From Narcine bancroftii (lineage: Eukaryota), in NCBI RefSeq assembly GCF_036971445.1, contig NC_091473.1, positions 84,630,001 through 84,694,000 of the forward strand: 64,000 nt of DNA, written 5' to 3'. Within the stretch, counting starts at the first letter, position 1; each line of letters opens with the position of its first letter. The notes under the pieces are model-generated. The model did no database searches. It saw nothing but the letters and a program-made list of their open reading frames with translations, and had not been told where the DNA came from. The translations under genes were made by a program, and so were the position numbers. Below, piece after piece: positions 47,989 through 60,957 of this stretch.

Positions 47989-50900
47989 TTAGGTAATGAT
48001 TGTCCCCGGTAGGTTTTCGCTATTGTATTTAAAGTAAGGCTCCCATATTTGTTCGAATATTTCAATATTATTTCTTAAACTATATGTTATTTTTTCTAAT
48101 GGAATACAGTTATTCATTTCTATATATCATTGTTGTATTTTCAAATTATCTTCCAATTTCCAGGTTGACATAATACATTTTTTTGCTACGGCTAGAGCTA
48201 TCTTAACAAATCTTTTTTGTGCATCATCCAAATCAATTCCAAATTCTTTGTTTTTTATGTTTAGGAGAAAGATCTCTGGATTCTTTGGTATATTGTTTTC
48301 TGTTATTTTATTTAATATCTGATTTAGATCTTCCCAAAATTTTTTTACTTTCTCACATGTCCAGATTGCATGAATTGTTGTTCCCATTTCTTTTTTACAT
48401 CGAAAACATCTATCAGATACTGTTGGGTCCCATTTATTTAACTTTTGAGGTGTAATGTATAGCCTGTGTATCCAGTTATATTGCATCATACGTAACCTTG
48501 TATTTATTGTATTTCTCATCGTTCCAGAACATAATTTCTCCCATGTTTCCTTTTTTATCTTTATATTTAAATTTTGTTCCCATTTTTGTTTAGTTTTACC
48601 ATTTGTTTCCTCATTCTCCTTTTCTTGCAGTTTAATATACATATTTGTTATAAATCTTTTGATTAACATTGCATCTGTAATCACATATTCAAGGTTACTT
48701 CCCTCTGGCAAACTCAAACTGCTTCCTAATTTATCCTTCAAGTAGGATCTCAATTGGTAATATGCCAGCGCTGTATCTCGAGTTATATTGTACTTATCTT
48801 TCATTTGTTCAAAGGATAAGAATCTATTTCCTGAAAAACAATTTTCTATTCTTTGAATCCCTTTTTTTTCCCATTCTTTAAAGGAAAGGTTATCTATTGT
48901 AAAAGGGAGTAACTTGTTTTGCGTCAATATTAGTTTTGGTAATTGATAATTTGTTTTATTTCTTTCTACATGAATCTTCTTCCAAATATTGAGGAGATGA
49001 TGTAATACTGGAGAACTTCTATGTTGTACCAATTTTTCATCCCATTTATATAATATGTGTTCAGGTGTCTTTTCCCCTATTTTATCTAATTCTAATCTCG
49101 TCCAATCTGGCTTTTCCCTTGTTTGATAAAAATCTGATAGGTATCTTAATTGTGCGGCTCTATAATAATTTTTAAAGTTTGGCAGTTGTAAGCATCCTAG
49201 CTTATACCATTCTATTAATTTATCTAGTGCTATCCTCGGTTTCCCCCCTCTCCATAAAAATTTCCTTATTATTTTCTTTAACTCCTTGAAGAATTTCTCT
49301 GTCAGTTGTATTGGCAATGCCTGAAATAAGTATAATATCCTTGGAAAAATGTTCATTTTAATACAGTTTATCCTTCCTATTAGTGTTAGTGGTAAATCTT
49401 TCCAATGCTCTAAATCGTCCTGTAATTTTTTCATTAGTGGATAATAATTGAGTTTATATAGTTGGCCGAGATTTTTGTTTATTTGTACACCTAGGTATCT
49501 TATTGCTTGCATTTTCCATCTAAATGGTGATTCCTTCTTAAATTTTGAGAAATCCGCATTATTCATAGGCATTGCTTCACTTTTATTTACATTTATCTTG
49601 TAACCCGACACTTCTCCATATTCCTTCAATTTCTTATATAATTCTTTTATTGATAGTTCTGGTTCTGTTAAGTACACTATAACATCATCCGCAAATAAAC
49701 TGATTTTATATTCCTTGTCTTTTATTTTTATTCCTTTTATATTATTATCTGTTCTTATCAATTCTGCTAGTGGTTCTATAGCTAACGCAAACAATAAAGG
49801 TGATAGTGGGCATCCCTGCCGTGTTGACCTGCTTAAGTTAAATTGCTTTGATACATGTCCATTGACTGCCACTTTCGCTAACGGTCCCTTATATAATGCT
49901 TTAATCCAATTAACATACTTCTCCGGTAAACTGAATTTTTGCAAGACTTTGAACAAATAATTCCATTCTACTCTGTCAAAGGCCTTCTCTGCGTCTAAAG
50001 CAACTGCTATTGTAGGTGCTTTATTCCCTTCTACTGCATGAATTAAGTTAATAAATTTACAAATATTGTCTGTTGTGCGTCTTTTTTTGATAAATCCAGT
50101 TTGGTCTAAATTTACCATTTTCGGTACATACTCTGCTAATCTGTTTGCTAATAGTTTAGCTATTATCTTATAATCTGTGTTAAGTAAAGATATTGGTCTA
50201 TATGATGCTGGTGAGAGTGGATCTTTCCCTTGCTTTAGTATTACTGTAATTATTGCTGTTTTACATGAATCTGGTAAGCTTTGTGTTTTATCAATCTGGT
50301 TGATTACTTCCAGGAGGGGCGGAATTAATAAGTCTTTAAATGTTTTGTAGAATTCTATTGGGAATCCATCCTCTCCTGGTGTCTTATTATTTGGTAATTT
50401 TTTAATTATCTCTTGTATTTCTACTATTCCAAATTGCTCTGTTAATTTATTTTGTTCCTCTATTTGTAGTTTTGGTAGTTCAATTTTAGTCAGAAATTCA
50501 TCTATTTTCCCTTCTTTCCCTTTGTTTTCAGTTCGGTATAATTGTTCATAGAATTCTCTAAAGTTTTCCTTAATTTCTTTTGGATTATATGTAATATGTT
50601 TGTCTTTTTTCCTTGATGCCAATACCATTTTCTTAGCTTGTTCTGTCTTAAGCTGCCATGCTAGGATTTTGTGCGTTTTTTCACCTAGTTCATAATATTT
50701 CTGCTTTGTCTTCATTATATTCTTCTCCACCTTATATGTTTGTAGTGTTTCATATTTTATCTTTTTATCCGCCAATTCTCTTCTTTTACTAATTCTTTTT
50801 CTATATTTACTATTTCCCTTTCCAACTGCTCTGTTTCCTGATTATAGTCCTTCTTCATCTTGGTTACATAACTTATTATTTGCCCTCCAATGAATGCTTT

Positions 50901-51762
50901 CATTGCATCCCATAGTATAAACTTATCTTCCACTGATTCCGTATTTATTTCAAAATACATTTTTATTTGTTTTTCAATAAATTCTCTAAAATCCTGCCTT
51001 TTAAGTAACATGGGGTTTAATCTCCATCTATACATTCTTGGAGGGATGTCCTCTAACTTTACTGTCAATATTAAGGGTGAATGGTCCGATAGTATTCTAG
51101 CTTTATATTCTGTTTTTCTTACTCTATCTTGCATACGAGCTGATAACAAAAATAGGTCTATTCTTGAGTATGTTTTATGTCTAGCCGAGTAATATGAATA
51201 TTCCTTTTCCTTTGGGTGTTGTTTCCTCCATATATCCAAAAGTTGCATTTCTTCCATCGATTTAATTATAAATTTGGTTACTTTGTTCTTTCTGTTAATT
51301 TTTTTCCCAGTTTTGTCCATATTTGAATCCAAATTCAGGTTGAAATCCCCTCCTATTAATATGTTCCCTTGCGTATCTGCTACCTTCAAAAAGATAACTT
51401 GCATAAACTTTTGATCTTCTTCGTTAGGTGAATATACATGAGTAGATTCCAAAACTCCGAATATATCTGACATTTTATCATTACATATCTCCCTGCTGGA
51501 TCTATTATTTCCTCTTCTATTTTAAATGGCACATTTTTACTAATTAATATAGCTACTCCTCTTGCTTTTGAATTATACGATGCTGCTGTTACGTGTCCTA
51601 CCCAATCTCTCTTCAATTTCTTGTGCTCCAATTCAGTTAAATGTGTTTCTTGCACAAATGCTATATCAATTTTTTCTTTTTTCAGTAAATTTAGCAGTTT
51701 CTTCCTTTTAATTTGGTTATGTATCCATTAATATTTAAAGTCATATAGTTCAACGTAGCCAT
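47989..51762 (-). pseudogene. L1 ORF2 (EN, RT, Cys-rich domain), frameshifts at ~51723, ~51440 and ~50775, and TGG>TGA at 48127
   Basis: ATG at 51762 (MATLNYMTLNING). QETHL, IGGDFN, SRIDLF, SDHSP, PGEDG, YRPISLLNTDYK, LDAEKAFD, RQGCPLSP, FADD, CFRC..HAIWTC, IPLEKITY. TAA at 47989-47991. Confidence 0.95.
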
Positions 51763-52443
51763 TTTATACTTTGTTTATCTTCCCTTTCCGTTTCTCCATC
51801 ATTACCTTTCCTTCTTATCCATTTCTGTTTTCTTGTTTTAAACCTTTATAAGACAACATTCCTAAAACATCAAACATTTTCCTTATTCTCCTATTTAAAA
51901 CTTCTTTAGCCCCAATCTCCCCTTCCCCTCCTGAGTTGTCCTTTATCCCTTGTCGGACAACCACATCTCCCCTCTCCATTTGGATTTGCGAATTCACTCG
52001 CAAGCATCAGCTGATTTTGCAGTGACCGCGACTCCTCCCCACCCAGCCCCCCCAGAAAAGATTTCACTTTTCATATGTAACAAAGGTCACTCTTTTAATT
52101 CCCTCCTTATTCCCTCTATTCCATTTCCTTCCCTTATTAATTCTTGTCTATACTATCTATATTTTCCTCTAAATACGGATACATTCATGTATGCACATTA
52201 TACATATACACACATATACCTCTTTACCCACATACATATAAATCGTGGTCATTTTTACTCTTATTACATATCTTCATCTCTCTGGTTGTTTTGTAGTTGT
52301 TCTGCAAATTTCCTTCCTTCCTCTGGATCCGAGAATAGTTTTTTTTTCCCCATAAGATCGTTTTCGATGTATTGAACTCCTTTCTCTTCTTCAGGAGTTC
52401 AAAACTTATGTGTCTTTTTAGTTCTCAGTCTTTTGTTCTCTCG

Positions 52444-53372
52444 TTACACGTCTTCATCCCTCAGTCTATTTTGTAATTGTTCTGCAAATTTTCGTGCTTC
52501 CTCTGGATCCGAGAATAGTCTGTTTTGTTGTCCTGGAATAAATATTTTCAATACCGCTGGATGCTTTAGTATAAATTTATACCCTTTCTTCCATAAAATC
52601 GCCTTTGCTGTATTGAACTCCTTTCTCTTCTTCAGGAGTTCAAAACTTATATCTGGATAAATGAACATTTTTTGCCCTTTGTACTCCAGTGGCTTGTTGC
52701 CCTCTCTTACTTTTTCCATTGTCTTCTCCAGTACCTTTTCTCTTGTAGTATATCTTAGGAATTTTACTAAAATAGATCTTGGCTTTTGATGCGGTTGTGG
52801 TTTAAAGGCCAATGCTCTATGTGCCCTTTCTATTTCCATTTCTTGCTGTAGTTCTGGACATCCTAGGATCCTAGGGATCCAATCTTTTATAAACTCTCTC
52901 ATATTCTTGCCTCTTCATCTTCCTTAAGTCCCACTATCTTTATGTTATTTCTTCTGTTATAATTTTCCATTATATCTATTTTCTGAGCTAACAGTTCTTG
53001 TGTCTCTATAACTTTTTTATTAGATTCCTCTAATTTCTTTTTTAAGTCCTCTACCTCCATTTCTACTGCTGCTTCCCGCTCTTCCATCTTGTCCATTCTC
53101 TTTCCCATTTCTGTTAAGGTCATATCTATTTTATTCATTTTCTCTTCTGTATTGTTTATTCTTCTTCTTAAATCATTAAATTCTTGCGCTTGCCATTCTT
53201 TAAATGACTCCATGTATTCTTTAATAAGAGAAAGTATATCCTTTGTCTTGCCTTTCCCTTCTTCTATTTCACTGTACTCTTCCTCTTCTTCTTCCTCTGG
53301 GTTGGCCATCTGTTGTTTCTTTGTTGTCCTTTTCTTCTCTTCTTTCTTGTTTTCGTTGTCTTCTATGTTGAC
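52444..53372 (-). pseudogene. L1 ORF1 (coiled coil, RRM, CTD), frameshift at ~52911, N-terminus missing
   Basis: MENYNRRNNIKIVGLKE, EIERAHR, PRSILVKFLRY, IYPDIS..LLKKRKEF, HPAVLKI. Confidence 0.93.
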
Positions 53373-53374
53373 TT

Positions 53375-53702
53375 CAAGTATTTCCTATGCCATAGCTGCT
53401 CTGTGATTAGTAAAGGATTGCTTAAGGTGGTATGGAGTGAAAAAAAGTTTGAAAACCAGTTTTAATTGTACCTAATTGACTCGATATGTGCACAGTTTCA
53501 TGACTCCAAAGAAAATGGGTCAATGACTATTTTTCTCAAGCAAAATATTTCAGTAACAATTGGGTCTAGAGCAGTGATTCTCAACCTTCCCTTCACACTC
53601 ACAAACGATCTTAAGCAACCCCTTACTAATCACAGAGCACCAATGGCATAGGGAATATTTAAAGTGGTATGTGAGTTGAAAGAAAAAGGTTGAGAACCAC
53701 TG
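53375..53702. mobile_element. hAT (Charlie-like) MITE at 53572-53702 plus an inverted partial copy at ~53375-53460
   Basis: TIR cagtgattctcaacctt / aaggttgagaaccactg. 8-bp flanks gtctagag / ggctagaa (6/8 match, NNCTAGAN-type target). Confidence 0.8.
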
Positions 53703-53830
53703 GGCTAGAATTTGGAAATTACTGGCTTTGGTTGTGTGTTTAGATTTTCACTGTTTTAGATCACATTGGAGGTGTTCAAGTTCTGTGGAAACTAATCTTA
53801 TTATAAGACTAATTAATGATAAACCATGTT

Positions 53831-55130
53831 CAGAAGAATCCCCATTATCCAGAATTCAATCAACTGAAAACTCAAACAATTGGCAAAAAAAAAGACAAAG
53901 AATTCGAATGATTAAGCCTGCGCAGAGAGACCCTATGGAGGAGCACCAAGATTTCGTTGGACACGTGCAGGTTTGCCCCGCTGAACTCGCAATGCCCCTC
54001 AATGTACGCATATTCTTTTCGCTATCGCCATTTGTGTGGTGAGTTAGGTTGTCAGTGCGAGGAAGATGCGCCGAGGGTCTGACAGACATACGTGGAGATG
54101 AGTTGGGTCATCAGCGTAGGGATGGTGGTAGAGTGTTTCTAGGGCCTGATCAGTGCATGAGTTGAAGCTGGCAGGATGGGGAAAGGATATGGAGGGGCAA
54201 GATGGCAGTGGTCTTAAGATTTCCCTGTCTGTATGAAGGCAGGAGCAAAACCAGGTGATCCATCTTGCCAAAATGCAGTCTCTGGAAAGAACGGTAGGCC
54301 AACTAAGATTTGTAGTCCATCTGACTGGGCCGTCTCTTGTTTTCTGACCACATCATGCAGCTCCACAAGTGTCCATTTGTAATAGGCATCAGGAGGGATA
54401 TAAACTCCAGTGAGAATCACTGATGAGAATTCTCAGGGTAGTTAGAAGTGTCTGCATTTAATTGAGATTTGCTCTAAGACAGTTGAGCAGGAGATCAACA
54501 TAACCCCAATGTTCATCCACACACTGACCCCTCTCCCTTTTCCAGAATCTGAGTTCTTATCCAGTCTATGAATGGTGAAACCATCTGGTCAGATAGCGGT
54601 GTCTGGTGTGTTCTCTGTTCGCCAGGTCTCGGTGCTGCAAACAACTGAGATTTGTCTTACCTGCCTCTGATAAAGCAGCCTTGCCCTCAGGTCGTCAATT
54701 TTATTCTCCAGTGACTGGACATTCACAAATAATATAGGCCAGCCATATAAGACTGCCACTGATTTTAAGGTGACATTTTTACATTTCTGGCTCATATACC
54801 AGGTAAGTAAAAAATGCACACGTTTAAAATTGGTGGAGGTTCATTATGATGGTGGCAGTTAGTGTAGCAGCTAGTTACAGCACCAGTAACTGGGGTTTGA
54901 ATTTAAATGTTATAAGTCTCAGGAATTACCTGATCAAAGTGAACTTTACATCAGTAAAGATTGCTGATATTTTTTCAAATAACTTTACATTTTGTACTGT
55001 CTTTTCTCTTTTAAATGGTGCATTCTTAAAGTAGGTGTACAAGGCATTGGAAGACAGTCTCAGTCGGCCAAAAAATTTGCATATCAACATCTGCGATCCT
55101 TGTAGGTGCCGGATAATGGGGATTCTACTC
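53831..55130. mobile_element. Tc1/mariner (Tigger-like) element split by a Rex1-like insertion
   Basis: TIRs cagaagaatccccattatccag and ccggataatggggattctactc|ta (19/22 match). Confidence 0.65.
53905..54745 (-). mobile_element. Rex1/Babar-like LINE endonuclease fragment
   Basis: ILFVNVQSLENKIDDLRARLLYQRQVR..CSTETW and VILTGVYIPPDA. Confidence 0.78.
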
Positions 55131-55146
55131 TAGAAAGGTAATAATC

Positions 55147-56945
55147 AATAGACAGTAGGTGCTGGAGTAGGCCAATTGGCCTGTCCAGCCAGCACCGCCA
55201 TTTTTCAGATCATGGCTGATCATTCATTATCAGTATCCATTCCCTGCCTTAACTAACCCTTAACTCCCCTGCCCACAAGAGCCTCATCTAACTTATTTTA
55301 GAACAGATCCAGTGAATCTGCCCCCACCACCCTCTACAGCAAAGCATTCCACAGATCCACACTTCTCTGGCTAAAAAAAAAATCATTTCTGTCTAAAATG
55401 GCCTTCCCTGTATTCTTTTCCCTCTAGTCCTACTCTCTCCCAACATTGGGAACATGTCATCCAAATTCACCCTGTCTAGCCCCTTGATAATCTTATATAC
55501 CTCAATCCTTCTAAACTTCATCGCATATAATTCAAGTCTTTCTAACCTATCCGCATATGACAATCCTGCCATCCTGGGAACCTTGTAAACCTGCGCTGCA
55601 CTCCCTCTATAGCAAGTATGTCCTTTCTTAAATATGGGGACCAGAACTGGACACAATACTTCAGGTGAGGTCTCACCAGGGCCCTGTACACCTGCAGAAG
55701 GGCTAATCTACTCCTATACTCAAATCCCCTCTTTATGAAAGCCAACATACCATTCGCCTTCTTCACCACTTGCTGAACCTGCATGCGAGCTTTTAGTGAC
55801 TGGTGCACTACCCCACTCCCTAGCTTGACTCCATTTAAATAATACTCTGCCCTCTTATTACTGCCTCCAAAATGGATAACCTCACATTTGCTCACATTGA
55901 ACTTAATCTTCCATTCCTCCACCCACTCCCCCAACCTGTCCAAATCCCTCTGCGTTTTCCTGAAATCCTCCTCACACTTTACACTGCCACCCAGTTTAGT
56001 CTCATCTGCAAATTTGCTCATGTTAATAATCCTTTCATCCAAATCATTTACATAAATGATAAACTGAGGACTCAATACCGATCCCTGTGGTACCCAACTC
56101 GTCACATCCTGCTATCCTGAAAATGACCCATTTATCCCAACACTACATCAGCCACTCTCCAATCCACAGGCACCTCCCCCGAATCTATAGAATTTTGGAA
56201 AATGTTGACCAATGCCTCCTCAATTTCCAGAGCAACCTCTCTAAGCACCCTGGGATGTAGCCCATCAGGCCCAAGGGACTTATCAACTTTCAGTCCTAAC
56301 AATTTATCCACAACCACCTGCTTCTGGATCTGAATATCCATCAGATTCCCCATTTCCTTAGGAAATTTCACCAGGTCCCTCAATACTGCATGACCTCTAC
56401 CCCCTATCTGACCATAACCTGTACCCTCCTTGGTGATGACAGATGCAAAGTACCTGTTAAATTCCTCACCAATCCCCTAGTTTCCAGTAATAATTTCACC
56501 CTTCTCCATTTTAAGGGCCCAATTTTGGTCCTAACCAATTTCTTCTTTATATAACTAAAGAAGCTTTTGCTATCCCCTTTTATTTGCCAGTTTACTCTTG
56601 TACTTCATTTTCCCCTCCTGAATGACTTTCTTAGTTTCCCTCTGTTGTTTTTTGAAAGTTTCCCTACCCTCTAACCTCACATTCTGCTTTGCCATCTTAT
56701 ACTTACTCTCTTTGGACTTGATACTGCATTTGATTTCCTTTGTCAGCCAAGGATGCCATTTGCTCTTAGAACTTTTCCTCCTCTTTGGAATGATTTTGTC
56801 CTGAATCCTGTGAAAAAATGCCTAGAAATACCTGCCATTTTTGCCCAGTTGTCCTCTCAGCTAGGGTTATCCTTCCATTTTATTTTGGCTAGTTCCTCCC
56901 TCATAGCTGTATAATCCCCTTTATTCAACTGCAGCACTGATGCAT
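55147..56945 (-). mobile_element. Degraded CR1 ORF2 plus 3' UTR
   Basis: KSLGPDGLHPRVLREVA, VPQGSVL, SKFADETKLGG, LVRPHLKYCVQFWSP. Tail caatagacagtaggtgctggagtaggcc. Confidence 0.9.
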
Positions 56946-58459
56946 ATGCCGTCCATGTTGTCCGACACTGCTGCTTCAAATGTCCCACAAATCCAAGGGG
57001 AAACTAATTAAAAATTCAATGTATTATCATAGTAATAAAATAATGTCATATTACATGAAATTTCTTTTTGCCTGCTGCAAGGCAGACAGATTCACCACTG
57101 GCAGGAATTGCCTGAGTGCCCCTTATAGTTTTTACAGTGAGAGAGAAGCAAGAGTCCCCCAGTTACCAAGTGTTCGTAGCCACACAGAGCCCAGTCCAAC
57201 CTGAAATCCAGATCTGAACCAGAGTCAGGAACCCTTCAGCGCATCCTGGTTCCGATACCTGGCACCCCTCCAGCCAGATTGAGCCAGTCTCCAGCAGCTC
57301 AGTTTCTGCTGGTTCTTCACCTTGAATGCCCTGCAGTCCGCCACATCCACAAATCCCCCCACTGTCCCCACGGGTCATCTCTGCTTCTCCCTCTCAAGAC
57401 AGGGTGTAGTCTTCCTGTCCTCTGGTCCAGTCCTCTGCTTCCTCAGAATCTGCAGCCCCTCGTAGCTGCTGCCGATTAATGGCAGTTGGACATCTTGGGT
57501 GCAAACCCACAGTTGGGGGAATTTCAAATAGACACTTGTCGGCTCCCTCAGTAGGCCATTCAAAGCCCGATCAGAGCCAAAGGCCCTTGCTCCGTGGGAC
57601 CACACCAGCATCTGCTGCTGATACAGCGGCTCCAGCAACATTGCCATCTTTGTTAATAACTTCCATTTCTCTTTCTTCAGTGCTTTTGGCAAAGCTTCTT
57701 TATCATGAAATATATTCAAGGACCCTTACCAGCTTCAAGAAAATCTGCTGCACCAACACCTCCTGAGCACAATGTTTAGTGTGATCTGGTTTCTTTTATT
57801 TTTGGACTAATCTATCTCTTCCTCCTGCTGATCAGCCTTAGTTTTTGTGCCATTCTTCCATTACCTCAAAACCCTTTTTGTACAATTTGTAACCATCTAT
57901 TTTGTGACACTGGACGTTTGAGTTATTAACACCAAGTAAAAAATGGAATTTGTGGCAAAATTGTACCATTCAAATCCTGAATGGTAAATTAAATTTTAGT
58001 TATGGTGCAATGGAGAGATGAAGAATTAGCACCAATTGAACCAGTGTTAAAGGACTGTTGGGATGTCAACAGATATATTTGTGGGATCCCATTCCAGAAC
58101 CGAACATTAAAATTTTCCAGGTGTTTTATTTATTTATATAGTAGTGACTATAGCAGAGGGTTAGTTTCCATATTTACTGCTTCCCCAAACTTTACAACTT
58201 GTCAGTTATTTCAATTAACTCCTTTCAGCTTAGCTTCAATATCACATCAGTCTGTTCCCTCGCTTTTTCATTGGGGGTAAAAATGTTTACATTAATGTGC
58301 TTTGTTTTGGATAACTTACAAAATACTTAAAAAAAAAATCCCTTCTTATACCTTGCCCAAATTCATTTCAAGTGAGCTGTCTTTGAACTTGTTATACATG
58401 CTACACAAAAGATGAGAGGTTCCGTGGACAAAATCAACACTCCTGAACTGTATGTTGTT

Positions 58460-59370
58460 ACCCAGAAGTCAAATAACGTGGTCCACGTATTACCAATGAT
58501 GTGGGTAGGAAGGGTGACGAAGTTCTTCAAAGTGAGTTTGGTGCAGTTGCAGGAAAGGATCTCCAGGGTTCCTACCCATGTCATGTCCTAGTCTAGCCAG
58601 AAATATAATAATGCAGTTTAATACATGGCGATTTAGGAGGGAAAGCTTTAATTTTTGAAACATTGGTTCCTCTTCCAGGTAGGACCTGTACCAGCAGGAC
58701 AGTTTGCATCTGAACTGCAGGGAGACTTGTGGGGAGATTTTCTAGTGCTGCTTCAGGGGATTTAAACCAGTGATAAGGGGATGGAACCAGAGCACTACTT
58801 GAGCATGATGGGAATAATGTTCTCAGTTATGAAAATTCAATGCAAGGAGCATTATAGGAAAGGTGATAAAACTTGGAACATGGATCAGCATATGGAATGA
58901 GACTTGGTTGCAGGAGGGCCAGGCCTGGTAGCTCAATATTCTTTGGTACTGTTGTTTTCGATGTATGAGAGAGGGAGGAGTGAAAGGGGGAAGATGGGTT
59001 GTTAATGTCATGCAATGCTTAGACAAAAAAAACTAGAGGGCTCTTCTGAGATTATCTAGATGAAACTGAGGGATGACCATATTAGTGAGATTACATTGTA
59101 AACTGCCCTACTGTCACTGGGAATTGGAGGAGCAAATTTGTAGAGACATATCAGAATCGATGCAAGAAGAAAGGTTGTGATCGGTGATAGTTTCCTTCAT
59201 CAATTTAGAGGTCATAACTTGATCTCCTGTTAAGGGACAAGATAGGTAACAGAAATATGCATATGGGAACACTAGTTTCAAGATAATTATGGGAAATTAC
59301 AAGTCTGGTCTTGGATCAAGATACCATCAAAATGAGCTCTTCTCCATTTGGCAAGTGTGGATTGGGACAT
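58460..59370 (+). mobile_element. Highly degraded CR1 (ORF1 esterase to endonuclease)
   Basis: VVHVxTNDVGRKGDEVLQSEF-like, ttgcatctgaactg..gggag, ttcaatgcaaggagcattataggaaagg and gagacttggttgcaggagg. Confidence 0.6.
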
Positions 59371-59821
59371 GTTTTCAGGTAAAATGTTCTTCACATGTAC
59401 AATAGAATTAATTCAGTCTCCCTTCTACACAACCCCACCCCCCCCAAAATCATACAAATTTATGAATTGCTGTTTTTATTCTTTGATAAATATTTCTAAC
59501 ATGGGATAGATTGTAACCATATAACTGTTTATGGCGGTTTGCTGAAATTATTTAATGTCAAATTTACAGAGCAGAACTGGTCTGCACCAAGAAATCTGGA
59601 CATGGTAATGAAACAAACAAAATAGAATTGGAGAGAACAGGTTTCTCCTGGGAACTTTGGCCAGATAATTGTGAATAGATTTCATCCATTGTATAATTCA
59701 CGAACTGCAGCCTAAAGAATATTTGAAATGTGACCCAGGCCCATCTAAGGGAAAACTTGGAACTAAAATTCTACTCTGATATTCTTAAAATAGAAAGCCA
59801 ATAAAGTCAACAATTAAAATA

Positions 59822-59827
59822 TTTAAT
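59822..59827 (-). terminator. Candidate IVNS1ABP polyadenylation signal (ATTAAA), implying a ~0.9-kb 3' UTR
   Basis: Minus-strand ATTAAA followed by a U/GU-rich tract. No recognisable TEs between it and the stop codon. Confidence 0.3.
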
Positions 59828-60697
59828 TGCCCGAGTCTATTGTTTTAGGAATGTTAGCTACATAGCTTGTTACAATAGAGTTTCACACAGGTGCTCTTCA
59901 ATCCTTCACTTGTCAATTCTAACAGAAGTATACATTTGAAAATTTATCAAGTTAAAGCATTTACAGAATACTACAATAAGTTATAGCAGAGGCAAACATT
60001 AAGAACTCTTTCAAGGAGAATTGTGCATGTCCCACTCTGGCACCTCAAATTGTAATTTAATTTGATTATAGTTTTAGTTTCCAGACAAATTTTTTTTTCT
60101 AATGCATTTTCATCCAAGTATAAAAATTGTTTATAAAAAAGGTGGTCAAAACAAAACTGCTTAAATTGCAGGTGTCAGCTTAACCGTATCTTTTTAAACT
60201 CAAGGATGGACCTGGAAAGAAAAACAAGGTAGGAAATAGGATCCTGCCTCTCCAAAACCTTGTCACACCCCCTTCCTTACAATACCCAAGTTTACCATGT
60301 TATTTCTCCAAACTGATAACTTCATGATGAGACAATGTGCAAATGTTGCAAAACAAAATTCTGGGGAAGCTCCATTGAAAACAAACTTTTCCTATTTTCC
60401 AAATTTTGAAAGGAAAATTTCCAGCACACCAGGTTTGCATTTCGCCAAATACCCATTAGGAAAACACAAATGTACTTCCACCCTTGGATAATAGTATTTA
60501 CAGCTCAATTTAATTATAAGAAAACCCAAAGATTTGTTACATAAAACTCCAGACCATGCTTCAATTTATCCTCGAAACTTGCACCCAACCATAAACATCC
60601 AACAGTGCAAGTCTCTCTTTCTTACCACAATCCTTGCAAAAAAAAAAAAAGTACAACACAAATCACTAAATTTAAGCTGCAAAGGAAATACTAAACT

Positions 60698-60957
60698 TTA
60701 TAAATTGGGCATGTTTGATCGGGTGCATGGACTCCATTCATTGCTTTCTGGATCATATGCTTCTAGGTTGTTCAGAAACTCATTGCCATCAAAGCCTCCC
60801 ACAGCATAAAGGAGTCCATTCACTGCAGCAACTCCAGCATTACTCCTTGCTGATATCATACTTCCCATCATCTTCCATTCATTATTGGTAGGATCATACA
60901 TCTCAACACAGTTGAGTGCACGGGTTCCATCAAAACCTCCAACTGCAAAAATCTTTC
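60698..60957 (-). CDS. IVNS1ABP: IVNS1ABP (NS1-BP, kelch family) last coding exon
   Basis: ttttgcag|GA AAG ATT..., encoding [79 protein letters not shown]. 260 nt, phase 1. Confidence 0.97.

Larger units (their letters stand above)
47713..53372 (-). mobile_element. Young near-full-length L1 (ORF1 N-terminally truncated), polyA tail at 47713-47735
   Basis: ORF1, spacer, ORF2, G-rich 3' UTR, AATAAA and A tail are all present, with few lesions. Confidence 0.96.

Noticed and set aside
56990-57770. GC-richer block with several 60-114-aa ORFs
   Set aside because: No recognisable protein motif or splice structure. It looks like a non-autonomous repeat that I cannot classify.
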